Assembly: GCA_001600695.1 (NCBI GenBank)
Contig: BCKQ01000002.1
Span: 1,137,184 to 1,201,183, forward strand
Length of the DNA: 64,000 nucleotides
Reading direction: 5' to 3'
Origin: Ascoidea asiatica JCM 7603
Lineage: Eukaryota > Fungi > Ascomycota
The position numbers and the translations under genes were made by a program. Shown piece after piece: positions 46,506 through 59,141 of the stretch; position 1 is the first letter of the stretch, and every line of letters starts with the position of its first letter. Under the pieces are notes generated by a model. The model had not been told where the DNA came from. It saw nothing but the letters and a program-made list of their open reading frames with translations, and did not search any database.

Positions 46506-46999
46506 AAAATTCAAAAAATTATTATCATTCAAACTAAAATATTCCTCGAAGCTAATGGTTTACTCTTTTCTCTAATATATGATGATGATCTTTCGATCAT
46601 GTCCCTCTTTTGTTTTTTTTTATTCAACTTTTCACTTCTCTAATTGTATTTTTACCAAATTTATAGTATATATTATTATCTGGATTTTTTTAAAATAACT
46701 TTTTTATTTTGGTTAGTTTATTTTTTTTTTGAAATATCTGCTTGATTAAAGTGTATAATAAATAATAATAATATTAATAGATCAAATTTACTTTTGTTTT
46801 GCCAGGTATCCAGTCTAATGGATACTCTAGCGGATACATATTGATAATAAATTCTGGCCTTTTACAAGATTTTTATTTCTCCAGAATAATTTAATGAATT
46901 TAAATTTAAGTCAATCAATTATTCATGATTTGGAAATGAAATTAAAGTAAAGATTTATTCAACAGGGAATTGTATGAGATAGAATAGGCTTTTTCAAAG

Positions 47000-48832
47000 A
47001 TGGTAAAGAAAACAAAAGATAAAACAAACTCAGATATCAAAAAAATAAACAAAAAGGCTTCAATTTCAAATTTAAAGAAAGCAAATAATAATAAAGAGAA
47101 AGTAATAGACAAAACAAAAGAAGAAGAGAGTAATTATTCATTATTGAACGTTTGGATTGCAAGTACATGTTTTAAAATACTATTATTTCAAGGATATTAC
47201 TCAACAGATTTTGATGTCCATAGAAATTGGTTGGCAATAACACATAATTTACCAATAAAACAATGGTATTTAGAAAAAACATCTCAATGGACTTTAGATT
47301 ATCCACCATTTTTTGCATATTTTGAATGGGTTTTATCACAATTTGTACCTGAAATTGTTAAAAATGATGGATGTCTTGAAATTATTGAAATTGGAAAATT
47401 TTCATTACCAACAATATATTATCAAAGATCAACAGTAATAATTACAGAAATTTTATTATTTTTAATACTTCAATTTTTTATAAATTTTAGTAAAAATAAA
47501 GCTGAAAAAAAAAAAAATTTTATAATTTCATGTTCAATTTTACTTTCTCCAGGATTTTTAATTATTGATCATATTCATTTTCAATATAATGGATTTTTAT
47601 TTAGTATATTAATATTATCAATAATTTTTGCTAAAAAAGGAAAATATATATTATGTTCAATTTGTTTTGCAACTGCAATTTGTTTTAAACATATTTTTTT
47701 ATATTTGGCACCAGCATATTTCGTTTACTTATTAAGAATATGTTTAAATTTAGATTCAATTTCAAATTTTAAATCAATCAATTTAATCAAATTAGTTTTT
47801 TGGAAAAGATTAACTTTAATTTCACTTTCTGTAATTTTAGTTTTTTCAATTGCATTTATTCCATTTATTTATTTAGGTGTAATCAAAGAATTAATTCAAA
47901 GATTATTTCCATTTTCAAGAGGTTTGACTCATGCATATTGGGCACCAAATATTTGGGCAATTTATTCATTCTTAGATAGAATTTTAGGTAAATTATGTTT
48001 AAAATTTAATTTTATTAAAATTTTTTTAAATTTTCTTGGAATTTCAAAAGAAAAAACTTCAAATGAATCAATTTTAAAAATTTTAAAAATTTCTTCATCT
48101 ACAAAAGGTTTAGTTCAAGATATTGAATTTTTAATATTACCAAATATTTCACCAAATTTAACATTTTTTTTAACAATATTTTATCAAATTTTATCATTTA
48201 TACCTTTTATTCCATTCATATCAAAAGTCATATCAACATTCAAGAAACCAAGTTTTAATAGATTTATTGGATGTTTAACACTTTGTGGATATTCATCATT
48301 TTTATTTGGTTGGCATGTTCATGAAAAAGCAATATTATTAATAATTATACCATTTTCATTTTTAATTTTAAATGATATTAAACTTTTAAAAATTTTTAAA
48401 TTATTAATTCATTCTGGATATATATCATTATTGCCATTAATTTTTACAAAAAATGAAATCTTAGTTAAAATTCTCTATTTAATGCTTTACCTTATTATCT
48501 TTAATATCTTATTTGATGATAATTGTTTGAGTAATTCAATATCAATTAAAAAAGAAAAAGAAAAAGAAAAAGAAAAAGAAAAAGCAAAAGAAAAAGAAGC
48601 AAAGAATACTACTTCCTATTTGGATAAAATGATTTGTTGTTATAAATTTTTAGGTAATTTTTTAATCTTAGTTGACTTATTCATTGAAATTTTTGAAAAT
48701 AAATTTAAAATCTTCAAGAAATTCCAGTTTTTAAGATTAATGGGATATAGTGTTTATTGTTCAATTGGAGTTATAGGAAGTTGGTGTGGATTCAATTGGA
48801 TATACTTTTTTGAAGAAAGCCTCTGGAGATGA
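47000..48832 (+). CDS. ALG8: Dol-P-Glc alpha-1,3-glucosyltransferase
   Basis: STDFDVHRNWLAITH, WTLDYPPFFAYFEW, IDHIHFQYNG, RLFPFSRGLTHAYWAPNIWA, WHVHEKAIL. Confidence 0.96.
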   Translation: MVKKTKDKTNSDIKKINKKASISNLKKANNNKEKVIDKTKEEESNYSLLNVWIASTCFKILLFQGYYSTDFDVHRNWLAITHNLPIKQWYLEKTSQWTLDYPPFFAYFEWVLSQFVPEIVKNDGCLEIIEIGKFSLPTIYYQRSTVIITEILLFLILQFFINFSKNKAEKKKNFIISCSILLSPGFLIIDHIHFQYNGFLFSILILSIIFAKKGKYILCSICFATAICFKHIFLYLAPAYFVYLLRICLNLDSISNFKSINLIKLVFWKRLTLISLSVILVFSIAFIPFIYLGVIKELIQRLFPFSRGLTHAYWAPNIWAIYSFLDRILGKLCLKFNFIKIFLNFLGISKEKTSNESILKILKISSSTKGLVQDIEFLILPNISPNLTFFLTIFYQILSFIPFIPFISKVISTFKKPSFNRFIGCLTLCGYSSFLFGWHVHEKAILLIIIPFSFLILNDIKLLKIFKLLIHSGYISLLPLIFTKNEILVKILYLMLYLIIFNILFDDNCLSNSISIKKEKEKEKEKEKAKEKEAKNTTSYLDKMICCYKFLGNFLILVDLFIEIFENKFKIFKKFQFLRLMGYSVYCSIGVIGSWCGFNWIYFFEESLWR

Positions 48833-48954
48833 ATAGTTTATTCTTGTTTGTAAGACATTATTTCATTATCATTTTAATAGATTGTATTTATAGCGCACAG
48901 TTTCAAAATCATCAGGTTCTAAAATGTGACTGAAAAATATATATTTTTTAAACA

Positions 48955-48962
48955 GTCACGTG
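48955..48962. promoter_or_regulatory. Cbf1-type GTCACGTG upstream of the RRM gene
   Basis: Exact consensus match. Confidence 0.5.
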
Positions 48963-49078
48963 TTATATTTATGATAATAATTCTTTTATATACCGCAAAC
49001 ATGGTCTTGTATTGGATTGAGGCCATGCTTGTGGGTTCTCTAACGCTAAGTTATCTTAAATCTTAAATCGATCCTGGA

Positions 49079-49080
<2 letters not shown>

Positions 49081-49121
<41 letters not shown>

Positions 49122-49122
49122 C
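49081..49122. repeat. (ACTTTC)7 microsatellite
   Basis: Read directly. Confidence 0.95.
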
Positions 49123-49299
49123 AGGATAATTCTGGAAATGAATTTGAATCATTCCAGAATAATCATCGAGTAAACCTTTAATTTTTAAATGAGTTTAAGA
49201 TCCTAAAGACAATTGTGTTATTTCAAGTTTATAAGATTCACTTCATTCTATTTACTTTCATATTTGAAACTTTGGTAATTTTCAAAAACAAGAAAAAAA

Positions 49300-50267
49300 A
49301 TGGAATCAAATAATTTAAGTCTGGTGCATTTAAGAAATAATGATGATATTAATGATAAAGTACCAATACAACCAAATAATCCTCAAAAAGATATCATTCC
49401 AATTTCTAATTTTAATATGAAAAATAGTATTCAAACAAATAAAGATAATCTTCCTACCTCAATTACTGCAATTCCTACTTTTATTAATCAAAATCAAAAT
49501 AAATTCAATAATGATCCAAATATTTATCCTTCAAGAATTAAACAAAATTCATTTTCTTCATCTAGTAATCATCAATCTAATAATTCATCAAATAGACCCT
49601 TTATAAGGAATAAATATTATAATCCAAAATCATATCGAAATAATAAATCAACTATGATTAGATCAAAATATTCTCAAAATTTACTCACAAGTTCATCTTT
49701 AAAAGCAAAAATTTTCAATAAATTAATGGAAGCTAATAAAATGGCTGGAAGAATTTCTTCTGAGAAATGGATTGCAAATCAAAAAGAACATGAAAAGATT
49801 AAAAATGGTGCAAAATTCCCACCAATAATAGCAACCTCTTGCTGTGTCAGAGTATCAAATATTTTTTTTTCAAATAAGTATGTATAAAGTTAATTTTTAT
49901 TTGCTTTTATTTTTACCATTTCGAAAAATGACCATGTTTACTAACACACTTCAGAATGTCTGATGATCAATTTCAAAATCTACTTACTCATTTTTTAAGA
50001 AAATGTAAAAATAAATGTGGAAAACCACAACATTATGTATTTGGTCGTTTAACTAAGGGAGTAGCTTTATTACAATTTGAAAATAAAGAAAAAGCACAAA
50101 AGGCTCTAAATACTTTTAATGGTACAATATTTTGGAATAATGTATTAAAAGCAGAATCTTATCCTGAAGAACGTTATAAATTTTTGTATGTATTAATATT
50201 CATCAATAATTTAATTATTTCTTTCTTCATATATATTTTACTAACAATTAACAGTTATATGCCTTGA
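49300..50267 (+). CDS. Single-RRM RNA-binding protein, 3 exons: join(49300-49877, 49955-50185, 50255-50267), 273 aa
   Basis: Intron 1 GTATGT 49878 / TACTAAC 49939 / CAG 49954 joins two track ORFs in frame and unites RNP2-like CVRVSNI with RNP1-like KGVALLQF and AQKALNTFNG; intron 2 GTATGT 50186 / TACTAAC 50239 / CAG 50254. Confidence 0.82.
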
Positions 50268-51208
50268 GCAACCCCATAAAAAGAAATTTCAATAAAGTTA
50301 TTATAAATGTTTTTATGATCTTTTTCAAATATTGTAATTAGAAATATTAAAAAATTTGATATAATTGAAGGAATTTTAGTGTTTAACATATTGAAATAAA
50401 TCAATACATAATCATGTTTTGCTGAAGATTTAATGATATAATAACTTCATATTCCAAATGTTCGAGAAATAAAGAAGAAAATTTAAAGTATCACTTCATT
50501 TTTATTTATATAAGGTAATTACTTTTTTGGTGAAATTTTTTATCCTTTACAGTTAAAAATAGTTAGCATTTTATTTTCCTTTGTAAATTTAAATGATCTT
50601 GAATGAAAAAATTGATCAAGAATCTGTTTATTCAGTTTGATGATTCTTTTCGATTGGATTTTTATTTCTTATATTTCACTTTCCGCATTATATTATATAC
50701 ATCTTAATAAAAATAGAGAAAGGGTTGTCATTTATTTTTGTCGCTTTCTTTTCCTCGTAAATTTCATTTAATCAATTGAAAGATGAGAATTATTCTAGAA
50801 AAATTGATTTGATTTTAAAATCAGTCAGGTTGTGCTTCATTGAACCATTGATTTCTATATGAAATTAAGAACCTCTAATTAGGTAATTCCTTTTATATTA
50901 AAAAAAATGAAAAATACAAGACCACTTAAGGTTCTATGCCAACATTGTTTTTTTAATTTTTGTTTTTGTTTTGATTTTGATTTTGATTTTGATTTTTGTG
51001 TTTAATCAAAAAAATTGATTATAAATGATTTTTTTTTACCAACGCGCCAAAGATAATCGATACTATGAAATAAAAAACTACTTGAGAAATATAAAAAGCC
51101 AAGATTGATTAGTTAATTAAAACAGTAGTAATATATATAGCTGTATAATTTCACAGAAATTTAGCAAAAGCATATAATTTGATTGTAAAAATAAAAAAAA
51201 AAAACATT

Positions 51209-51801
51209 TTATGCAGTTCTTTCTATCAAATGAACACCACTTTGTGTTTCAACAATATCACTTATTTCTCCAACCCTTAAAGCAAAGGCAGCCTTTTCGA
51301 ATTCAGGTTGCATTTGACCTTTTGAAAAAAATCCTAAATCTCCATTTCTTGAATGAGAAGAACAATCAGATTCAGTTTTAGCTAATTCACCCAATGTTTT
51401 CTCATGGGATATAATCTGAGATTGATATTCTTTTAAAATCATTAAAGCGGTCTCCTTTGTGATGGTGATATTGGGATTTTTCCAAGATTTGGGGTTTCTT
51501 GAATCTCTATGTTTAACTAATAAATGGTTGCATCTGATTTTTTGATTTTGATGATGTGAGCTACTACTGCTTTTATGAGAAAGGTATGCCTTTAACTTAT
51601 CTACATCAGTGCCTTCAGGAGCATCCCAAACAGATTTTTTGCTAGAAGGATTATAAAAGTAATGACGATTGTGGGATTTGGATTTATGCACAATCCATCC
51701 CTCAGGTAATCCACTGTCTGACTGAAATTATATTAAAAATATTGTTAGTATTTATTGATTTACTTATTATATATAGAATTAAAATAATTATTACTTACCA
51801 T
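51209..51801 (-). CDS. ESS1: Parvulin peptidyl-prolyl isomerase (Pin1), join(51801-51799, 51721-51209), 171 aa
   Basis: ATG-only exon, GTAAGT donor at 51798, TACTAAC 51750-44, CAG at 51722; gives MSDSGLPEGWIVHKSKSH WW domain plus HLLVKH, SDCSS, GDLGFF, MQPEFE. Confidence 0.95.
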
Positions 51802-52287
51802 TTTTATTATGTTTTTTATTTAACGCTGAAATCAAAAAATTTAAAATGCGAATTTTAAAGATCCTTTAATTGTTAAGTTTAATCTGTCAAATTTCTTCTA
51901 CACAAATTATGTAATGGTGATTATTATAGTTTTTATAGTTTATATAGTTTTTACTTTAAAATGGTAATGCTACTAGAAATTTATTATAAAAGTTATTGTA
52001 GTTGAACCAAAATAATTGTGAAAGAATGATTAATTTGCCTTTAACGTTCTCTTATCCTTAAAAATAAAGCTTCATACCAATTTAGTTAAATAAACAAACG
52101 GGTGCGGTAAACAAATTTAATCAAAAAAAATAAAACGTTTTTTTTTTTCAATCTATAATAGTTTCGTTAATAAGTACAATTTACTACAGTAAATTTACAA
52201 AAAAACAATAAAATAAAATCGTATTAACATTTATTTTTTTAAAAAGTATTTGATATAATAAATACTTCATTATAATTTACAAAATAG

Positions 52288-55268
52288 TTATTTTTTGTAA
52301 CCTTTTTCAGACAACCATTCATTAATTGCTTTTTCATCACGAGAAATCCATGAAAGAGTAGATTGTATTCTATCTAAGGATTTTTCAATACCTTTATTGT
52401 AACCAGCAGTATCTTTATTAGCAAAGAATGCATTGATTTCAGCTGGTGCACTTTCAGTTGTATAACTTGATAAACATATTTCTACTACAGAACCGAGCAT
52501 TGATAAACCAGGAGGTAATAAAACATATAATTCATCCCATTTTTCTTGTAACCATTTAAATAAAGCTAATGAACCTTCTTTGTGAGTACGTAAACCTCTA
52601 AGTGGAATATAAATATCTTGAGATTTAACAACAGTTGGATCAAGAGCATAACCTAAAGTACGTTTAATTAACTCAGGAGTATTGAAAAAACCTAAAGTAG
52701 TTAATGCAGTTACTTTTTCATCTAAAGAAGATGGATTTTTATAAATTTTTAAAAATTTTTCATAATCTTCAACTTTACCTTTACTTGCAATAGATTGAAA
52801 AATAGCAGCTCTAAGATTTGGATTAATTGCACTTTTATCACCAGAAAGATATTTATTAAACATTTCAGTGGCAGCATCAGCAATAACTGGATCATTACCA
52901 GAAACAGCAGCTCCAAATAAAGCACTCTTTAATCTTTTATGAGTAAAAGAATCTTCAGATAAAAATTCCCAACCAATAGTTTGAGATTTATTAGAAACTA
53001 AAGAACAAATTAAATTTTTTAAAGCAGATTTAGTTTTTTCAGATTGATGTAACCAAGCAGCACGAATAATATCAATTTGTGTAAGCATTTCACTCCAAAC
53101 AATATATTCTTTTTCTTCTTTCCAAGTAAAAATTAAATTTAAGAAATCAACAGTTGAAGTAAAACCACTTACAGATAAAGCACCAGCATCAGCAATTAAA
53201 CCAGCTTTATCTTCAATTGAAAGTAAACCATTTTTACCAGCTTCACCTAATTTAACCCAACGTTCAGGAGAATAAAGAGTTCTATAAATACCAGCATGAT
53301 CAGAATTAATTTTAAAAAAAAAAGGATCTTCAATTTCAATTGTTTTTTCTCTTGTATCCATAATAAGAGTTTCATCAACACCATTTTTAGTTTTTAAACC
53401 AATAAAAACAGGAAAAAGTACAGTATCTTCTTCAGGTTTAACATCACCAGTTGATAAAAAACGATTTTGTTTTAAATGAATTTTATTACCATTTTCAGTA
53501 ACAGTAATTAATGGAAAACCAACATTTTTAGTCCAAACATCCATAACTTTTAAAACATCTTTACCAGAAGCTTTTGAAAGAGCATCCCATAAATCATTAG
53601 TTGTAGTATTACTTAATTTATGTTTTTTTAAATAATTTGAAACACCAGTAATAAAAACATCTTCACCTAACCAACTTGAAATCATTTTTAATAATGAAGA
53701 ACCTTTTGAATAAGAAATAGCATCAAAAATTTGATTAATTTCAGAAGCATATTTTACAGGAACTTGAACAGGATGTGAAGATCTTAAAGAATCTTGAACA
53801 AGAGCAGTTTGTAAATTATCAGTAACATATTCAGACCAAACTTTCCAAGATGGATAAAATTGATTTGCACTATACCAACTCATCCAAGTTGCAAAACCTT
53901 CATTTAACCATAAACCTTCCCACCATTCCATTGTTACAAGATTACCAAACCATTGATGAGCAAGTTCATGTTGAACAACTTCAGCAACTCTTTGTTGACG
54001 TATTAAAGAAGAATCATTTTCATCAAATAATAAATCAACAGATCTATAAGTTACTAAACCCCAATTTTCCATAGCACCAGCAGAAAAATCATGAATTGCA
54101 ACCATATTCATATGTGGTAAATAATAATCAATACCAAAAGTTTTACCAAAAAAATCTAAAGTTTTTGCAGCAAGTTCACAAGAATATTCACCTTGTTTTT
54201 CTAAACCTGGAGTTGCATAAACACGTACTGGAGTTTTATAATCATTACATTCCACATAACGTAAATCACCAATAATAAAAGCAACTAAATAAGTTGACAT
54301 TAATGGAGTTGAATTAAAAGTAACTAATTTTTTATTATTATTTAAAATTAATTCTGATTTTATATCCATATTTGATAAACAAGTTAAATTTTTATCAGCA
54401 ATTAAAGTTACATCAAAAATTGATTTTAAAGCAGGTTCATCAAAACATGGAAAAGCACGACGACAATCAGTTGGTTCCATTTGAGTTGTTGCTAAATATT
54501 TAATTTCACCATTTAATTCATAAGAAGAACGATAAAAACCAGCCATTTTATTATTTAAAATACCAATAAATTTAATAATAATTTTAATTTCAGAATTTTT
54601 TTTAAAAAATTCATTAAATTTAAAAGTTATTTGTTGACTTTTTTCATTTAAATTAGTTTCAATAGATTCATTATTATTAATTTTTATAGAAATATATTCA
54701 ATATCAATTGAATTTAAAGTAATTGAATTAGTTAATTCATTTACTTTTAAATCAATTTCTACAGTACCATCATATTTAAAAGTTTTAAAATCAGGTTCTA
54801 AAGTAATATTATAACGAAGTGGTTTAACATTTTTTGGTAATAATTCACGATCAGAAGGAGATCTTTTATAAAATGAAATAGAAAAATGAAGTTAGTATGA
54901 ATTATTTAAAAGAAATAAAGATTAAAAAATTAAAAATTAAAAATTAAAAATTAAAAATTAAAAATTGAAAATTGAAAATTAAACTTTACGATATATTAAT
55001 TGTATTTGAATTTATTAAAAAAGAAGAATAAATTATTAAAATGATTAAATAAATTGAGTAAATTGAGTAAATCATTGAATATTTTGAAATATGAATGAGT
55101 ATTATTGAATGGGTGGCGTTAGCGGTTAATGATATAATTAATATGATTTAAATAATGATTAAAATTGAGGAAATGAATTTAATGAATAATAAATAAGTAT
55201 ATTATGAGATATTGATATTTTTTTAATCCTTTAATCTTTTAATATTTTCAATTTATAATTCCATTGTG

Positions 55269-55305
<37 letters not shown>

Positions 55306-55915
55306 ATGATATGATATGATAAAAAGTAATATAGTATATAATATAATATAATATAATATAAATGAAATGAAATGAAATAAAGTTTATTACTTACACAGAC
55401 ATATCAAATTTATTTGGAATTGTATTATTTGATAAAATTGAATGATTACGAGTAAAAAGAATAGTATTATTTAAATATTTTAAATTGAATGAATTGAATA
55501 AATTTGAAGACTTATTTAATAATGAATTTGAATAAGAATGAGAATTCAAAAATTTTCTTGAATTTGAAATTGAAATTGAATTTGAAATTGAATTTGGAAT
55601 TGAGTTGATTGAATTAAGAGAAGAATTTATATATTTATATAAAATAGAGGAGTAATAATCTTTAAAGCTATTTTGAAACAAAGATGAAGATGAAAATGAA
55701 GATAGTTTTGAAGTTCTCATTGAGAGATTGGAGTTGATGAGAGCAGAACCTAGATTTGAATTAACGGAAGAGGCTGGAAACTGGGAATTGGAAACGGAAT
55801 TGGAAACGGAAACGGAAACGGAAACGGAAAATCTAGAATTGGCTGAGAAATTTCGTGAGAACAAAGGAAAAGCCAGGGCCATGGATCTGACCACAGAAGT
55901 GGGTCTTTTCACCAT
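52288..55915 (-). CDS. APE2: M1 family aminopeptidase, join(55915-55395, 54862-52288); alternative start at 55402
   Basis: GAMENWGL and HELAH-x18-E motifs; intron GTAAGT 55394 / TACTAAC 54897-91 / AAG 54863 restores MSVSPSDRELLPKNVKPLRY in frame with the 752-aa track ORF. Confidence 0.92.
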
Positions 55916-56441
55916 TATTGATTTGATATTAATTGGAAATGATATTATTGTCTTCTTTGAGGAATATTATATATTATTCAAGGAAAGGAAGAGTGGTCAA
56001 GTAATGATTAGTATTTGAATAATAAAAAAGGCTTTTTGTTATCAGTAACAATAGATCACTTCAATTGAGAGACTTTAACCTATTATTTTTTTTACAATTT
56101 TCAAATTTTCACCTTTAATAAAAAAAAATTAAATTTAACCTTAGATTTTATTTTCGAGTTCATCTCGGATTTCATTTTGTCCTGAAAGTGAAATTTTAAA
56201 CGTTGTCCCAAAATAAGCGACGTCACGGGACTGTCGGATAATAAAGAAGAAAATAATTGAGGAACTGAGAGAAATCACGAGAATGTTTGAGAGAAAATGC
56301 ATTGTTGAAAGAAGTTAACTTTGGTAACGCCGTTCTGATGGAAGAGGAAAGATGGAGATGGAAGATGAAGACTTCCTTTTGAATTGTTTGCCCTTTGATA
56401 AATCTAAAGTTGAGGTCGTTCAGATCCAACAAAAGACACCA

Positions 56442-56509
56442 CCGGGTAAGTTTAACCAGACAAGCACATGATTACTTAAAAAAAAAAGATTATTATTATG
56501 CCACGTGAC
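56442..56509. promoter_or_regulatory. Reb1 site (CCGGGTAA, 56442-49) and Cbf1 site (CACGTGAC, 56502-09) in the APE2/RHO1 divergent promoter
   Basis: Exact consensus matches. Confidence 0.55.
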
Positions 56510-56806
56510 ACAGTGAATTTATATTTGTAAGCTAACAATGCGGACACCCCTTAGTTGTTTGAAAAGTAGGTGTAGTCTAAGCCCTTTAAAAAAATATGGT
56601 AACGTTTAGCAGGCCTGTTAATAAAGTAGACAAGTTGTGAAGCTTTGCTTTTCTTTATTCTTTAATAATAGCAGCACCGTTAACGTCAGAAAGATATTAA
56701 TAAACAGAACCAGCATTGCGGAATTTGATATTTGATCAAAGATAAGAAGAAATATGAATTGATATTATTGGGATTTCAAGTTTGTGGAATAAAGGTTAAT
56801 AGTAGT

Positions 56807-56815
56807 GTGACTCAT
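56807..56815. promoter_or_regulatory. Gcn4/AP-1 site GTGACTCAT
   Basis: Match to RTGACTCAT in the APE2/RHO1 intergenic region. Confidence 0.45.
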
Positions 56816-56988
56816 GTGAAGTAATCTTAATAATGGGATTTTCAGGCTAGCGGTGTGACACGGCACCACATTATAACACGAGCTTGTACGCAGCCGGACA
56901 TGTTCAGACATCGAGGCCATAGAGAAGTGAACAGCAAGCAAGAAAGAGTAAACAAACAAACAAACAAACCAAAGCAATTTGCCTTCCA

Positions 56989-57022
56989 TTCTGGATTTGC
57001 TTCTGGATTTGCTTCTGGATTT
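56989..57022. repeat. 12-bp tandem repeat TTCTGGATTTGC, about 3 copies
   Basis: Read directly. Confidence 0.9.
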
Positions 57023-57604
57023 CAAATTGGATCTTAATTTGGGATTTCACCTTGGATTTCATTCTGTCTGAGAGAAGAATTTTATGGTAATTGTATGGTA
57101 ATTATGGTTATTTGCTGTTAGCTGCTGTTTAGTATGGGAGTGGCGGTGTGGGAGAGAAAGAGAGAGAGAGAGAGAGAATTGCAATTGTGATACTTTCTCG
57201 CTTCTCTTTGCTCGCTTCTCACTATCACCAGGCAGAGAGGCAGAGAGTTAACAAACAACTGAGGCTGCTGCTGCGATTTGATTCATCGCTGACTGCGAGA
57301 AGTGCCACCGGAAACAGGCAAGTAGCAACACACCTACTAATTACTTAGCTCTTTACTATACTAATCAAACACACTACACTAATTTCTTACAAATCTCAAG
57401 AAATCCATGGAAATCCTTAACAATCTCATGAAAACATCAAAATTTATTTTATTTATTTACTGATTTTATCAATTTTATTATTATTATTCAATCATTCAAT
57501 CAATCAATCTCTTTAATCTATTTCTACTATTCATTATTCACTGTTCACTGTTCACTATTCACTATTCACTTCACTTTATTTTATTTTATTTCACCTGTTT
57601 ATTT

Positions 57605-57637
<33 letters not shown>

Positions 57638-58129
57638 TTTATCATTCTAAATAAATAATTATCACAATAGTAATCATTCTAATCATTACTATTATTACAT
57701 TATCATTATCATTATTTCCATCATTAAGTAATAAGTAATAAGTAATAAGTAATAAGTAATAAGTAATACATATTACATACTTATCACAATACTCATAAAT
57801 ATCTTTAACAGGCTCAATTTCAATTCCAATTCCAATTTCAATTTCAATTCCAATTCCAATTATTCCTGTTTTTATTCTTATTCTTATTCCTATTCTTATT
57901 ATTTACTCTTTTTCTTATTCTTATTCTTATTCTTAATACTAATAACTTATTTATTATTATTATTAATAAATATTAATCAATCAATCAATTAATTAATTAA
58001 TCAATTAATCCATTCAATTTTATTATATTATATACTTTCTTATCTTAATATTTATAATAATAATAATAATCATATAATCATATACTATAACAATATAATA
58101 CAATATAATACAATAATATATAATATAAA

Positions 58130-58723
58130 ATGGCTCCTCCAGCTGAAATTAGAAGAAAATTAGTTATTGTAGGTGATGGTGCCTGTGGTAAAACTTGTTT
58201 ATTAATTGTTTTCTCAAAAGGTACATTTCCAGAAGTTTATGTTCCAACTGTTTTTGAAAATTATGTTGCTGATGTTGAAGTTGATGGTCGTAGAGTTGAA
58301 TTAGCACTTTGGGATACTGCAGGTCAAGAAGATTATGATAGATTAAGACCTTTATCATATCCTGATTCAAATGTTATTTTAATTTGTTTTGCAGTTGATT
58401 TACCAGATTCATTAGATAATGTTCAAGAAAAATGGATTTCTGAAGTTTTACATTTTTGTCCAGGTGTACCAATTATCTTAGTTGGTTGTAAAGTTGATTT
58501 AAGAGATGATTCAAAAACTATTGAAACTTTAAGACAATCTTCTCAACAACCAATTTCTTCTTCTGAAGGTCAATCTGTTGCTGATAAAATTGGTGCTTTA
58601 AAATATATTGAATGTTCCGCAAGAACTGGTCAAGGTGTAAGAGAAGTTTTTGAAAATGCTACAAGAGCTTCTTTAATGGCAAAAGAAAAACCTCAAAAAA
58701 AGAAGAAATGTATTGTTTTATAA
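58130..58723 (+). CDS. RHO1: Rho-family GTPase Rho1
   Basis: [39 protein letters not shown], polybasic tail and CIVL CAAX. Confidence 0.97.
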   Translation: MAPPAEIRRKLVIVGDGACGKTCLLIVFSKGTFPEVYVPTVFENYVADVEVDGRRVELALWDTAGQEDYDRLRPLSYPDSNVILICFAVDLPDSLDNVQEKWISEVLHFCPGVPIILVGCKVDLRDDSKTIETLRQSSQQPISSSEGQSVADKIGALKYIECSARTGQGVREVFENATRASLMAKEKPQKKKKCIVL

Positions 58724-59106
58724 TCTTAATTTTAATTTTAATCTTAATCTTAATCTTATTATATCTTTTTTTTTTTTATTTGTTTATTTTAAATCTTTTA
58801 TCTAATTTAATTTTATCTCAATAAGATAATCAACAAGAAGAAAATAAATTAAAAGAATTTAAAGAATAAAGAATTAAAAGAAAATTCAAAATATTTTAAA
58901 AATGAATAATAAAATTATTAAAACTAGTTGATTAATTATCTACTTAGTTATTTACTTATTTAGTTATTTACTTACTATCTTATCCATTTACATTGAATCC
59001 TAATTTTCTTTTTTTTTATTACTTTAATCAATTTTAATTTCTTATAATACTTTTATTTATTTACTAGTAATACTAAAATATAGATTAAATTTAATCACTT
59101 TTCCCT

Positions 59107-59141
<35 letters not shown>

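Noticed and set aside
56765-57348. Short ORFs in the APE2-RHO1 intergenic region
   Set aside because: Non-ATG starts; built from microsatellites and the 12-bp repeat
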